NCBI GenBank assembly: GCA_965279375.1
Contig: OZ257156.1
Span: 3,520,001-3,584,000, forward strand
Reading direction: 5' to 3'
Source: Gemmatimonas sp.
Lineage (GTDB): Bacteria > Gemmatimonadota > Gemmatimonadetes > Gemmatimonadales > Gemmatimonadaceae
Length of the DNA stretch: 64,000 nt
The notes under the pieces were generated by a model. That model did not search any database, was not told where the DNA came from, and worked only from the letters and a program-made list of their open reading frames with translations. Shown piece after piece: positions 50,087 to 59,786 of the stretch. The position numbers and the translations under genes were made by a program. Numbering within the stretch: the stretch's first letter is position 1; each line of letters starts with the position of its first letter.

Positions 50087-51526
50087 TTAGCAGCCCGGGC
50101 CGGCAAGCGGTGCGGCCTTGCCAACGCGCACCAGGCACTCGGCCTGCGGAATCGGCATCACACGCGCGACGAAGTGATTCGGCGCGTCGAGCGGGAGCGT
50201 GTTCAGCAGGTTGTAGCGGCGCAGGTCGAACCAGCGCGTGCCTTCCAGCAACAGCGAGTAGCGCTTCTGGAGCAACAGTTCCGTGAGCACAGCCGCGTCG
50301 GTGGACGCCGTGGTGAGCGTGGACGGCGCGAGGCCGCCCGAGTTCACGCGGATCGAGTTGATGACGCCGATCGCACCAGCCTTGTCGCCCGTGGCCAGGA
50401 GGCCTTCCGCGCGGAGGAGCATGAGCTCTTCGTTGCGGATGATGGCGATGGAGTTCGTCGCCGAGCCGTCGGCGATGAAGCCGAGCGACGAGGCGATGCC
50501 GGTGACGCCCGACGGCGGGCTACGCGGCGTCTTCGTCTTCACCTTCGCGAGGTAGCGATTGTCCTTGGTGCCGTCGGCCTTGAGGGGCGCGTCGGTTTCC
50601 GTGGACGGGTGGAGATAGAGGTCAGCAGCGTTGCCGAAGAACGGGTTCGACGCGTCGCCAGTGGCACCCGAGTACGGGTGGAACGGACCTGCGTCGAGCG
50701 CCGCACGCGTCGTCGCCGCGGCGTTCAGGTACGAGCTGGACAGCGCCGTCAGCGAACGCTGCCACGCCGCCGCACCGCCGCCAGACGTGGCGTAGTAGGC
50801 GGCAACCTTGCCGGCGATGGCGCGGTTGAACTGCGCGAACGTCGCCGGCGTGCTGAAGCCGGCAAAGCCCGCGTGCAGCGTGAACGGGAACGCCGTGCCA
50901 CCGGCCGCGAGGGCCGTGTTGCCTTCGTCGAGCGTGTTCAGGATGTACTTGTACATCGAGTCACGCGAAACGAACGCGGCAACGTCGGACGCGTTTTGCT
51001 TCACTTCCGTGACACCACCCAGCGTGTCGCGCGTCGCGATGACGGCGAGCAGCTCGAGGCCTTCGATCGTCTTCGCGAAGCCCGTCACCGCGGACTTCTG
51101 CGCGGCGGAGAGCGTCGTGGAGTTTGCCGCCGAATTCTTGATGTTGAAGATGTCACGCAGGTTGCCGTACGGGCCCGCCCACTGGCCAACGGCGAAGCCG
51201 GCTGGGTCGAGCTTGTTGGCACCCGTGATGCCCTGCAGGTAGTGCGACGTGTTGCGCCCTTCCTGCGGGGAGTAGATGAACATCTCACGTCCGAAACGGC
51301 CGGCGTCGTTGATGAAGCCGCCGCGATTGCCGCGCAACTGACGCAGGATACCCGTGGCCTGCAGCTGCAGGGCCTGCGGATCCGCGCTCGCCGCGACGAC
51401 CGTCGGGGTGTTCGGGTTGGTGATTTCGAGCTGATCACTGCTGCACGCGGCCAGCGCGGCCGTAGCCAGCGAGAGGCCGATCAGGCGTGAAACGTTCAAG
51501 GCGTTCCTCATGGATGTCGTCGTCAT
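50087..51526 (-). CDS. RagB/SusD-family nutrient-binding lipoprotein
   Basis: Lipobox LAAC, IRNEELMLLRAE, INSIR, LLLEGTRWFDLRR, MPIPQAE. Starts 4 nt after the susC stop. Confidence 0.92.
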   Translation of the reverse strand: MTTTSMRNALNVSRLIGLSLATAALAACSSDQLEITNPNTPTVVAASADPQALQLQATGILRQLRGNRGGFINDAGRFGREMFIYSPQEGRNTSHYLQGITGANKLDPAGFAVGQWAGPYGNLRDIFNIKNSAANSTTLSAAQKSAVTGFAKTIEGLELLAVIATRDTLGGVTEVKQNASDVAAFVSRDSMYKYILNTLDEGNTALAAGGTAFPFTLHAGFAGFSTPATFAQFNRAIAGKVAAYYATSGGGAAAWQRSLTALSSSYLNAAATTRAALDAGPFHPYSGATGDASNPFFGNAADLYLHPSTETDAPLKADGTKDNRYLAKVKTKTPRSPPSGVTGIASSLGFIADGSATNSIAIIRNEELMLLRAEGLLATGDKAGAIGVINSIRVNSGGLAPSTLTTASTDAAVLTELLLQKRYSLLLEGTRWFDLRRYNLLNTLPLDAPNHFVARVMPIPQAECLVRVGKAAPLAGPGC

Positions 51527-51530
51527 GGGA

Positions 51531-54509
51531 TCAGAACCCCACGTCGATGCTGAAGAAGTACTGGCGGCTCGACGGGAACGGCGCGAGGTCGATGAACCGC
51601 GTGAAGTTCGAGTTGCCGAAGTTGCTGAACTCCGGGTCGTAGCTCCAATACTTCGACCACAGCTTCAGGTTACGGCCGCTGAGGTTGAAGCGAAGGCTAG
51701 AGGCACCCGGGATCTTCTGGGCCCACGAGTTAGGCGCCTGGTAGTTCAGCGTCACTTCGCGGAGCTTCACGTACGTGCCCTTCTGGATGTACGGGCGGAT
51801 GTCGCCAGCAGCGAACGTGCTGTATCGATCTTCGCCGAGCGCGACGAAGTCACGCGACTGGCCGCCTTCGTCGAACAGGTTGTTCGTCATGTTCGACACC
51901 GAGCCGCCATTCCGCCAATCGAGCAGGAAGGAGAGGCTCAGCTTCTTGAACGTGAAGTCGTTGTTGAACGTCGTCGTGTGGATCGGGTTCGAATCGAACA
52001 GGATCGTGTCACGGACGGCGCCGTTGGCACCGAGCGGCGCGTTGCCCCAGATGTACGAGGAGCGCGTGTTCGACGCGATGCGGTTACGGCCATACGTGGC
52101 GCCGAACGAGCTACCGGCGGCGAACGACGGCACCGGGATGTTGTCGGTGCGCTGCACGTTGGCGTTGTAGATCACGCGCGTCGACCACTCGAACGCACCC
52201 TTGCGGAACGGGACCGCCGAGATGACGGCTTCGTTACCCTGCACGGACAGCTGGCCACCATTGATGATCTGCGAGCCGAGGCCCGACGACGGCGGAAGCG
52301 GGAACGTGAGGAGCAGGTCGGAGATACGGCGCTGGTAGCGCGTGAGTTCGAAGGACAGGCGCGATCCGAAGAGCGTGACGTCCGTACCGAACTCGGTCTC
52401 GTTCATGACTTCCGGCTTGATGCCCGGGTTACCGAGCGTGCCGTTGGAGACGAGCGAGCCGGCGCCACCGATGATTCCACCCGACGCGTACAGCACGTCG
52501 CGGTCGCCGTAACGCGGGCGGTTGCCCGACTTGCCGACGGCGTAGCGGAACTTGATGTCGTCGATCTGGTCGAAGACGGGCTTCACGAAGCGATAGGACG
52601 CCGAGACCTTCGGGAACGCGTAGAACTTCTCGCGATCGCCGTTGGCGCTCGAGCGGTCAGCGCGGAAGCCGGCGTTGATGGCCAGCTTTTCGTTCAGCGC
52701 CAGTACCTGTTCGTTGACGTAGTACGACTGGTCGCGGAACTCGTTCTTGCCGTTGGTCACGGCGAGGTCCGTCGCACCGACCGGCACCTTCACCGTCGGG
52801 AGCAGGCCACGGCCGCGCAGCGAGTACGTGTTGAGCGTCTGGTTTTCGTACGAGCCACCAACGGACGTCGTGGCCGACGTGAACCACTTGTTGCCCAGCG
52901 TAAACGTCCACACCGCGTTCACGCCCTGATTCATCTGGAAGCTGGACGCGTTCACCTGGTTGGCCGTGCCGAGGAAGTTGTCGGCCGACTCATACTGCAG
53001 GTAGTTGGGCGAGTACTGGTAGCCTTCCTGCTGGAAGCGGTCCACACCGGCGAGGTAGGACAGCTGCAGCGAGTTGTGCGACGTGCTGAACGGCGTGTAG
53101 CTGGCGCGGACGTTACCGGCCTGGCGCCACACCGCTTCCGTGTTCACGAGCTCGTTGAGCACGTCGAACGGGTTGGACGTGCCGTTGCCGCCGCCGTTGA
53201 ACGGCATGCGCACCGGGCGACCCGTCGCCGGGTCGATCGCCTGCAGGTCGACGATCGCGGGCGAGTAGCCGAACGTGTAGATCGGGCTCGTACCGGAGTT
53301 GTCGTTACCGCCGACGCCGCGCTGGAAGAAGTTGCGCGTCACGTCGAGACCGGCGCTGAGCGTCACCTTGGTGCCGAGCGTCTGGTCGAGGTTGATGCGA
53401 GCACCGGTGCGACGAGCGCCGGTGTTGATCATGATGCCGGACTCCTGGCGATCGTTGATCGACGCGAAGAAACGCGTGTTGTTCACGCCGCCCGAGGCGG
53501 AGAGCAACGTTTCCCACGACGGATCGGTGCGGCCATAGAGCTGGCCCTGCCAATCATAGAACGGGCAGGTCGGGTTGCACGCGGCCTTGGCGGCCGCATC
53601 GCCCACCGGGCCACCGACCCAGTCGGCGACTTCGGCGTAGCTGGCAAACTTGCGCGACGACAGGTTCTTGAGCTGCTCCTGCGTGCCCATGCGCTGCACG
53701 ACGTTCCACGAGGCCTTGCCCTGCTTGCCGCGCTTGGTCGTGATCACGACGACGCCGTTCGTTGCGCGCGCGCCGTAGATGGCCGAGGCCGCCGCCGACT
53801 TGAGCACTTCGATGTTTTCGATGTCGTTCGGGTTCAGGTCAGCAAGACGGTTGACGACCTGGTCCTGGCTGGAGCCGGTCGAACCCGACGCGCGGGTGAC
53901 CGAGCTGGCGCCCGAGGAGATGGAGGCGTTGGAGATGATGACGCCGTCCACGACGTAGAGCGGGTCACCCTGGCCGAGCACCGACGTGGCGCCGCGGATC
54001 TGGATCTGGGCACCACCGCCCGGCGCACCGCTGTTTTCGAACATGCGGGCACCGGCAACCTTACCGGCGAGATTGCCTTCAACCGAGCGCGCAGGCACGC
54101 GGTTGAGCTCGGCCGTGTTGACCGAGGAGACGGCCGTGGCCGCCACGCGGCGATCGGTCACCGTCGCGGCGCCCGTCACCGTCACACCTTCGAGCTGCAG
54201 CACGTCGCGCTCGAGTACGAAATTGGCCGACGTCTCCGTCGGGCCGACGCGAATGGTCTGGCGCTTGAACCCGAGCTGGCGAGCGAGGACGACCGCCTCG
54301 CCGGCGGGTACACGAAGGCGATACTCGCCCTTCTCATTGGTACGAGTGCCAACCTGCTGGCCGACGATGCCGACGGTCACGTCAGCGATCGGCGCACCGG
54401 TGCCGGCCTGCGTCACTTTGCCCGCGATATCGCGGGACTGCGCTTCCGCACGAAGCGGCAGCACAGCGACGATGGCGGCAGCGGCTACAAACTTGAAAAG
54501 CCTGCCCAT
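51531..54509 (-). CDS. SusC/RagA-family TonB-dependent receptor
   Basis: N-terminal extension, PLYVVDG, LNPNDIENIEVLKSAAASAIYGARATNGVVVITTKRG, YVKLREVTL and terminal Phe. GGAG SD before ATG 54509. Confidence 0.96.
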   Translation of the reverse strand: MGRLFKFVAAAAIVAVLPLRAEAQSRDIAGKVTQAGTGAPIADVTVGIVGQQVGTRTNEKGEYRLRVPAGEAVVLARQLGFKRQTIRVGPTETSANFVLERDVLQLEGVTVTGAATVTDRRVAATAVSSVNTAELNRVPARSVEGNLAGKVAGARMFENSGAPGGGAQIQIRGATSVLGQGDPLYVVDGVIISNASISSGASSVTRASGSTGSSQDQVVNRLADLNPNDIENIEVLKSAAASAIYGARATNGVVVITTKRGKQGKASWNVVQRMGTQEQLKNLSSRKFASYAEVADWVGGPVGDAAAKAACNPTCPFYDWQGQLYGRTDPSWETLLSASGGVNNTRFFASINDRQESGIMINTGARRTGARINLDQTLGTKVTLSAGLDVTRNFFQRGVGGNDNSGTSPIYTFGYSPAIVDLQAIDPATGRPVRMPFNGGGNGTSNPFDVLNELVNTEAVWRQAGNVRASYTPFSTSHNSLQLSYLAGVDRFQQEGYQYSPNYLQYESADNFLGTANQVNASSFQMNQGVNAVWTFTLGNKWFTSATTSVGGSYENQTLNTYSLRGRGLLPTVKVPVGATDLAVTNGKNEFRDQSYYVNEQVLALNEKLAINAGFRADRSSANGDREKFYAFPKVSASYRFVKPVFDQIDDIKFRYAVGKSGNRPRYGDRDVLYASGGIIGGAGSLVSNGTLGNPGIKPEVMNETEFGTDVTLFGSRLSFELTRYQRRISDLLLTFPLPPSSGLGSQIINGGQLSVQGNEAVISAVPFRKGAFEWSTRVIYNANVQRTDNIPVPSFAAGSSFGATYGRNRIASNTRSSYIWGNAPLGANGAVRDTILFDSNPIHTTTFNNDFTFKKLSLSFLLDWRNGGSVSNMTNNLFDEGGQSRDFVALGEDRYSTFAAGDIRPYIQKGTYVKLREVTLNYQAPNSWAQKIPGASSLRFNLSGRNLKLWSKYWSYDPEFSNFGNSNFTRFIDLAPFPSSRQYFFSIDVGF

Positions 54510-54721
54510 AGAGGGTCTCCGAAGGAGGGGAGCAGCAAACATGGAGAAACCGTACTGCAACATCGGATGGTACTGAGGGACAACAGCAACTCCGAGGGGA
54601 CGGAGTGCCGCTACACAAAGTCCAACGACATACAGTGCGCTGAAACTATGACTGAAACAGCGTCCGTCTAGGTTCCGTCACTCGCGGTAACGAAGGGATT
54701 TCCCTCTTGCGCGAGAGGCGC

Positions 54722-55456
54722 TCATCGTACAAGCGCACCCAGGCGGCCACCCAACGCCCGCCACTGTAACACAGCAAGCTCAGCTATTCGACGCGCGCCT
54801 GCATCCGATAGGTGCGTGTCGTCCTGATGCCCATCGGGATAGATCGCACGCTCCCCCGGAAGGGACCACGCATACAACGACTTTGCCGCTTCCGAGCCCA
54901 ACCGCGACACCACGGATCGGCTCGCCTGCTCGAGATCGAGCAACGGCACGGACTGCGCGGCGGCGACCTCGCGCGTCACGACGGGATAGCGGCCATGCGT
55001 CTCACGCAGCACGCCGCTGTTGTCAAAGCTGCGTCGCACGATCGAGGTCGCGAGCATCGGAATCGCTCCCCGCGCCCGCGCCTCGCGGACAAAACGCTCG
55101 AGGTTCTGGCGATAGGCGCCGTCCGCCGCGGCGTAGCGCGTCGAGTCTTCACGTTTCTCGTCGTTGTGCCCGAACTGAATCACGACCACGTCGCCGGCCT
55201 GCAGCGAATCGAGCACCGCACGCCAGCGCCCTTCGTCGAGAAAGCTCTTCGTGCTGCGCCCGTTCACGGCGCGATTGCGCACCTCGACGCCCTCACGCAG
55301 CAGCGGCGCGAGCATCGTTCCCCAGCCGCGCTCCATAGTCGTGTCCGGCGTCTTGCGATCGGCCATCGTCGAGTCGCCGATCATCCAGACGGCAGGCTGC
55401 GGCTGCCTGATGAGCAGCGTGGTCGCAACCAACGCCCAGATCAACGCCGACCTCAT
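54722..55456 (-). CDS. SGNH/GDSL esterase, rhamnogalacturonan acetylesterase (CE12)-like
   Basis: IGDST, GWG, GRSTKSF, QFGHND, DDTH; probable signal peptide. Confidence 0.88.
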   Translation of the reverse strand: MRSALIWALVATTLLIRQPQPAVWMIGDSTMADRKTPDTTMERGWGTMLAPLLREGVEVRNRAVNGRSTKSFLDEGRWRAVLDSLQAGDVVVIQFGHNDEKREDSTRYAAADGAYRQNLERFVREARARGAIPMLATSIVRRSFDNSGVLRETHGRYPVVTREVAAAQSVPLLDLEQASRSVVSRLGSEAAKSLYAWSLPGERAIYPDGHQDDTHLSDAGARRIAELAVLQWRALGGRLGALVR

Positions 55457-58239
55457 GGCGTGCTCGCGGCGAAGGCACGACGGATCGACACAGTGCGCTC
55501 GAGCTCATCGCGCGACTGCAGAATCTTCTGCCGCAGATCGGTCGCCAGCGTTGGATGCGCGGCGAGCCAGCGATCGATTTCGGCGAGCGCCTCCGCGCTC
55601 GATTGACCGCCGATCGTCGCGCCGAGCCAGCTGCCAAGGAAGAAGATGCGCCGATTCTTCTGGATCCACGGCAGCGTGTCGAGCGACGGCGTGAGGTACG
55701 CGCGTGAGAGCGCGTCCTGATCGGCCTCGTGAAATGCGCGCAGGCTCGAGGTCACCCACTCTTCGTTCAACTCCGCATCGCCAAACCAGCGCGCGTAGTA
55801 CCGCTGCTTGGTCGCGGCATCGGGGCGCGCCGCCTCCGCGACGAACGCTTGCCGCTTTCCCTCGCTGGTCGAGTCGCGCAACGCTTCCGACCGCAGTCGC
55901 GACTCTGCGTTGGGCGCCGCACGAGCCATCAGTCGCGTCACGATCGCCCAGCGTGTTGGCGGACGCAGCGGCAATCCTGCGGCCACGTTCGCATCGAGCC
56001 ACTGCTCCAGTCGGGCCAGTCCTTCGGTATCACGCGCCAACCCGATCACGGCGTCCAGCTGCGCCTTGCGTTCGCCGTAGCTGCGCGTGCTGTCCAACGC
56101 GCCGGCCAGAAACACCGACTCGGCGCGCCGACGCACACTGTCTGCCGCATCGCGATCCGCGTAGCGTGACAGCGCAGTCCCGATGCGTCCCACCAGGCTG
56201 CTCGCGATCTGCTCGTCGCGTTCGTTGGGTAGCGCGCGCAGGGCGAGCGAGGCGAATCGAACCGGCGACAGCCGAGCCTCGCGCACCAGATCCCACAACG
56301 ATCCCCAGAGCATCGCGCGCAGGAAGTCGTCCCGCACGCTGCCAATGTGCTCTCCAAGCCATCGCACGCTCGACGAGTCGGGGAGGACTAGCGCATAGCC
56401 GTAGTCGCCTTCATTGGCGAAGATGAACGCGGGCGCCCTCTTACCACGGACTGCAGTCACGACCGTCGTGTCTCGCGTCATGAGAACCGGAACGCGCTCG
56501 AGCGTCGGCTTCGCCGCACCATTGTCGTAGTAGAGCAGCAGCTGCGTCTTGAGCGGCCACGCGCCTCGTCCTGACAGCCTAGGTTGTGCCGGACGCTGGA
56601 TCAGCGCGAGCCGCGCGATCGCGCCGTTGGCGGTGCTGACCTGCTGCTCCACGATCGGCATGCCCGGACGCAGAATCCACTGCGCACCCCACGGCGTGAG
56701 ATCGCGCGCCGACGCGCGTCCGATCGATTGCAGCAGATCGCGCCACGTCGCGTTGCCGTAGCGGTGGCTCTTGAGAAAGTCCTGCAGTCCGCGCTGAAAC
56801 GCGTCGTCGCCAACGAGATAGTCGAGCTGACGCAGAATGCCTGGCGCCTTGTTGTAGACGATCGGGCCATAGTTGCTCTTGGCCTGATCGAGATTGCCGA
56901 GGGCTTGCCAGACGGGCGTCGTGCCGGCGGTCGCGTCGGTGGCGTAGGCAACGGGCTTGTTGCGCAGATAGAACGTCTTCCACGCATTGGAGGTCGGCGC
57001 GAGCGACGCCTGCATCTTGGCCGCCATGTAGGTGGCAAAGCCTTCCTTGAGCCAGAGGTCGTCGAACCAGCGCATGGTGACGTAGTCGCCGAACCACTGG
57101 TGTGCGACTTCGTGGAACGTCGTGGCTTGTCGGCCAAGCAGCTGCGACATCGTCGGACGTTCACGGTAGATGAAGCTCTCTTCGTTGTAGAAGACCGCGC
57201 CCGGATGCTCCATGCCGCCAAAGGGGAAGACCGGCGCCAGCAGGAAGTCGAATTTGCCGAAGGGGTAGGGCACACCAAACCACGCACCGAGCCAGGTGAG
57301 CGCGCGTGCGTTCATCGCAATGAGTGTGTCGGTCTCCACTTCCTTGGCGCGCGACCGTCGCGACCAGAGGCTGACCGGAACCGCAGGCGCGCCCGGCGCG
57401 ATCACATGCTGTTGCGTGACGGCGTTCCATGGGCCGGCCGCGAACGCAATGAGATACGTGCTGAGCGGCGCGGATTCGGCAAAGCGGTGCACGATACCGC
57501 GCACGGTCGAGTCGCTCGACAGCGGTGCGCCGTTGGCCAGTGCGCGCCACCCGATGGGCGTCGTCAGCGTGAACGAAACGCGTGCCTTGAGGTCTGGCTG
57601 GTCGAAGGTGGGAAAGAGCTGATTCGCGTCACTCGGCACGAGCAGCGTATACAGATAGTCCGCGCCGTCGGTGACATCACGGCTACGGATGATGCCGGCA
57701 CCCGCCGGTGCGATGGGCGATGCGAAGTCGAGCGTGATGTCATGCGCGGTGCCGCGCAGCGCGGCGGCGGGAATGCGCACGTGCGCGCCATTCCAGTACT
57801 GACCGGTGCCACCGGGCAGCGCCGCGCCATCTGCCGCAATGGAGCGCACGGCCAGCCCGCGAAAGTCGAGAATGACGTCGCTCTTTTGCGCCTGCTCGAA
57901 ACGCACATGCACGGTTCCGGTGGCCGTGTCGCGATTGGTGACGTCCAGTGCGAGTTGGTAGCGCACATCGCGGACGCGGGCGGCGCGGTAGGTGGCGAGT
58001 TCCTTGGAAACGCCCGGCCCGTCGAGCGCGGCGGCCGACCGCGTCGCGCTCGACGGCGACGCGACGGCGCTGCGTGTCGGCGCGCTTGCTGCCTGGGCTG
58101 ATAGTGCAGCGAGATCGCCTGCGAGTGGACTCAGGGCGACGCTCGCCGTGATGAGGCCCACTCGGGCGAACACTGTCATCGCCCACGTGCGGCGGTCGTT
58201 CCGGGGCGGGAGCGGTGATGAGACGCGTGATGTCGGCAT
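55453..58239 (-). CDS. M1-family aminopeptidase N (secreted) with ERAP1-like C-terminal domain
   Basis: FDQPDLKA, GGMEH, HEVAHQWFG...LWLKEGFA, IVYNKA. Start is 58239 or 58179. Confidence 0.93.
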   Translation of the reverse strand: MPTSRVSSPLPPRNDRRTWAMTVFARVGLITASVALSPLAGDLAALSAQAASAPTRSAVASPSSATRSAAALDGPGVSKELATYRAARVRDVRYQLALDVTNRDTATGTVHVRFEQAQKSDVILDFRGLAVRSIAADGAALPGGTGQYWNGAHVRIPAAALRGTAHDITLDFASPIAPAGAGIIRSRDVTDGADYLYTLLVPSDANQLFPTFDQPDLKARVSFTLTTPIGWRALANGAPLSSDSTVRGIVHRFAESAPLSTYLIAFAAGPWNAVTQQHVIAPGAPAVPVSLWSRRSRAKEVETDTLIAMNARALTWLGAWFGVPYPFGKFDFLLAPVFPFGGMEHPGAVFYNEESFIYRERPTMSQLLGRQATTFHEVAHQWFGDYVTMRWFDDLWLKEGFATYMAAKMQASLAPTSNAWKTFYLRNKPVAYATDATAGTTPVWQALGNLDQAKSNYGPIVYNKAPGILRQLDYLVGDDAFQRGLQDFLKSHRYGNATWRDLLQSIGRASARDLTPWGAQWILRPGMPIVEQQVSTANGAIARLALIQRPAQPRLSGRGAWPLKTQLLLYYDNGAAKPTLERVPVLMTRDTTVVTAVRGKRAPAFIFANEGDYGYALVLPDSSSVRWLGEHIGSVRDDFLRAMLWGSLWDLVREARLSPVRFASLALRALPNERDEQIASSLVGRIGTALSRYADRDAADSVRRRAESVFLAGALDSTRSYGERKAQLDAVIGLARDTEGLARLEQWLDANVAAGLPLRPPTRWAIVTRLMARAAPNAESRLRSEALRDSTSEGKRQAFVAEAARPDAATKQRYYARWFGDAELNEEWVTSSLRAFHEADQDALSRAYLTPSLDTLPWIQKNRRIFFLGSWLGATIGGQSSAEALAEIDRWLAAHPTLATDLRQKILQSRDELERTVSIRRAFAASTP

Positions 58240-58415
58240 TCGGGAGCCTATGTCCTCGGCGTCCTGAACGGCAAGCACAACCCACAGCGGTCACAATCGA
58301 ATGGATGAGTTCGCTAAGGAATGATTTCGAACGCGCGGCCGTCGGCGCTTGGGTCGATCGGGTGCGAGTCTGCATCCAGTGCTTCTTCCCTCAGACGACT
58401 ACACAGGAGCATCTC

Positions 58416-59708
58416 ATGACGAGTTCGATGCGCGCGCTTGCCTCGATACTCCTCCTCGGGGCGTTGACCGCCTGCGGCGGTTCTGACAGCGGCCCCGGTG
58501 GCGGCGGGACGACCGCGCCCACCGCCGCATCGATCGCGCTGACGGCATCGAATACGGCGCCGCTCGCATCTGTTGGCGAGACGGTGACGCTGACGGCACT
58601 GGTGCGCGATGCCAGCCAGGCGGCGCTCGCCAACCCCACGGTGAGCTACGCGTCGAGCAATGCCTCGGTCGCCACGGTCTCGGGGAGCGGCACGTCCGCC
58701 ACGGTCACCGCGGTGGGCGACGGCACGACGACGATCACCGCGACCAGTGGCTCCGTCTCGGCGACGGCGACGGTTACGGTCGCGCAGAAGCTCTCAGCCC
58801 TCACCCTCACGCCAGCCAGTCCGACCTTGACCATCGGAGCGACGGCCACGCTCGTGGCCAGCGCGCGTGACGCCCGAGGCAACGCCATTGCTGGTGTGTC
58901 GGGCTACACGTTCACCACGGGCCGCGCAGCCACGGCGATCGTGAACAGCACGGGTGTGGTTACGGCGATCGCGCCGGGAACCACAACGATCGCGGCGTCC
59001 ATCACGCGAGACGGTACGACGGCCAACGCCACGGCCAATGTCACCGTCAGCACGCCGCTCTCGGGCGCGGCCACGGCGGCGGTTGGCACGACGGACGCCA
59101 CATTTACCGTGCCGAGTGTGACCATCGCCGTCGGCGGGACTGTCACCTGGACCTTTGGAGCGACGTCGCACAACGTCATCTTCTCTTCTGCGGGCGCGCC
59201 GACGAACGTTCCCATCTCGGCAAGCTCGTCGGTCTCACGCACGTTTCCGACGGCAGGTACTTTCCCGTACGCTTGCACGCTGCACGCGGGCATGAACGGC
59301 ACGGTCATCGTCGCCGCGCCGTCGCTGATGGCATTGCTCAATGGCGCCAACGAGCGTCCGACCGCCACGTCGTCCACGGGCAACGGTGCCGCGCTCATCG
59401 CGGTGAATGGCTCGACCGTCAACTATACCGTCGCCTATCAGGGCATCACTGGCGCGCCCACCGGACTGCACATCCACTCGCCGGCCACCACGAGCACCAA
59501 TGCCGGCATCAGCGTGGACCTGCTCACGACGCCGCTCACGGGAACCAGCGGTGTGCTCACCGGCAGCTTCACGGCATCGGCAATTCGTACGGCAGGTGTC
59601 TCGCTCGATTCGCTCGTCACGTTGCTGCGCAACGGCAACGCGTACGTGAACATCCATTCCTCGACGTTCCCCGCTGGCGAAATCCGCGGTCAGGTCACGG
59701 TCCCCTGA
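58416..59708 (+). CDS. Lipoprotein: 2 x Big_2 Ig-like + cupredoxin + CHRD domain
   Basis: AGGAG SD and lipobox LTAC. Big_2 motif SSNASVATV. Type-1 Cu ligands SHNV...YACTLHAGM. CHRD motifs LNGANERP, LHIH, YVNIHS, PAGEIRGQ. Confidence 0.85.
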   Translation: MTSSMRALASILLLGALTACGGSDSGPGGGGTTAPTAASIALTASNTAPLASVGETVTLTALVRDASQAALANPTVSYASSNASVATVSGSGTSATVTAVGDGTTTITATSGSVSATATVTVAQKLSALTLTPASPTLTIGATATLVASARDARGNAIAGVSGYTFTTGRAATAIVNSTGVVTAIAPGTTTIAASITRDGTTANATANVTVSTPLSGAATAAVGTTDATFTVPSVTIAVGGTVTWTFGATSHNVIFSSAGAPTNVPISASSSVSRTFPTAGTFPYACTLHAGMNGTVIVAAPSLMALLNGANERPTATSSTGNGAALIAVNGSTVNYTVAYQGITGAPTGLHIHSPATTSTNAGISVDLLTTPLTGTSGVLTGSFTASAIRTAGVSLDSLVTLLRNGNAYVNIHSSTFPAGEIRGQVTVP

Positions 59709-59786
59709 TCGGCAGCGGCTCACAGCTTGCGAGCTACCGCACTCCATCTTGTTTCCTGCCTCACTTCTCCTTTCCCAATTGCCATC

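Noticed and set aside
51510..54671. 1053-aa + strand ORF antisense to susC (also 49304-51490 antisense to susD/M28)
   Set aside because: Shadow ORFs expected from strongly biased high-GC codon usage. They are Arg/Val-rich with no motifs, while the minus-strand genes have clear family signatures.
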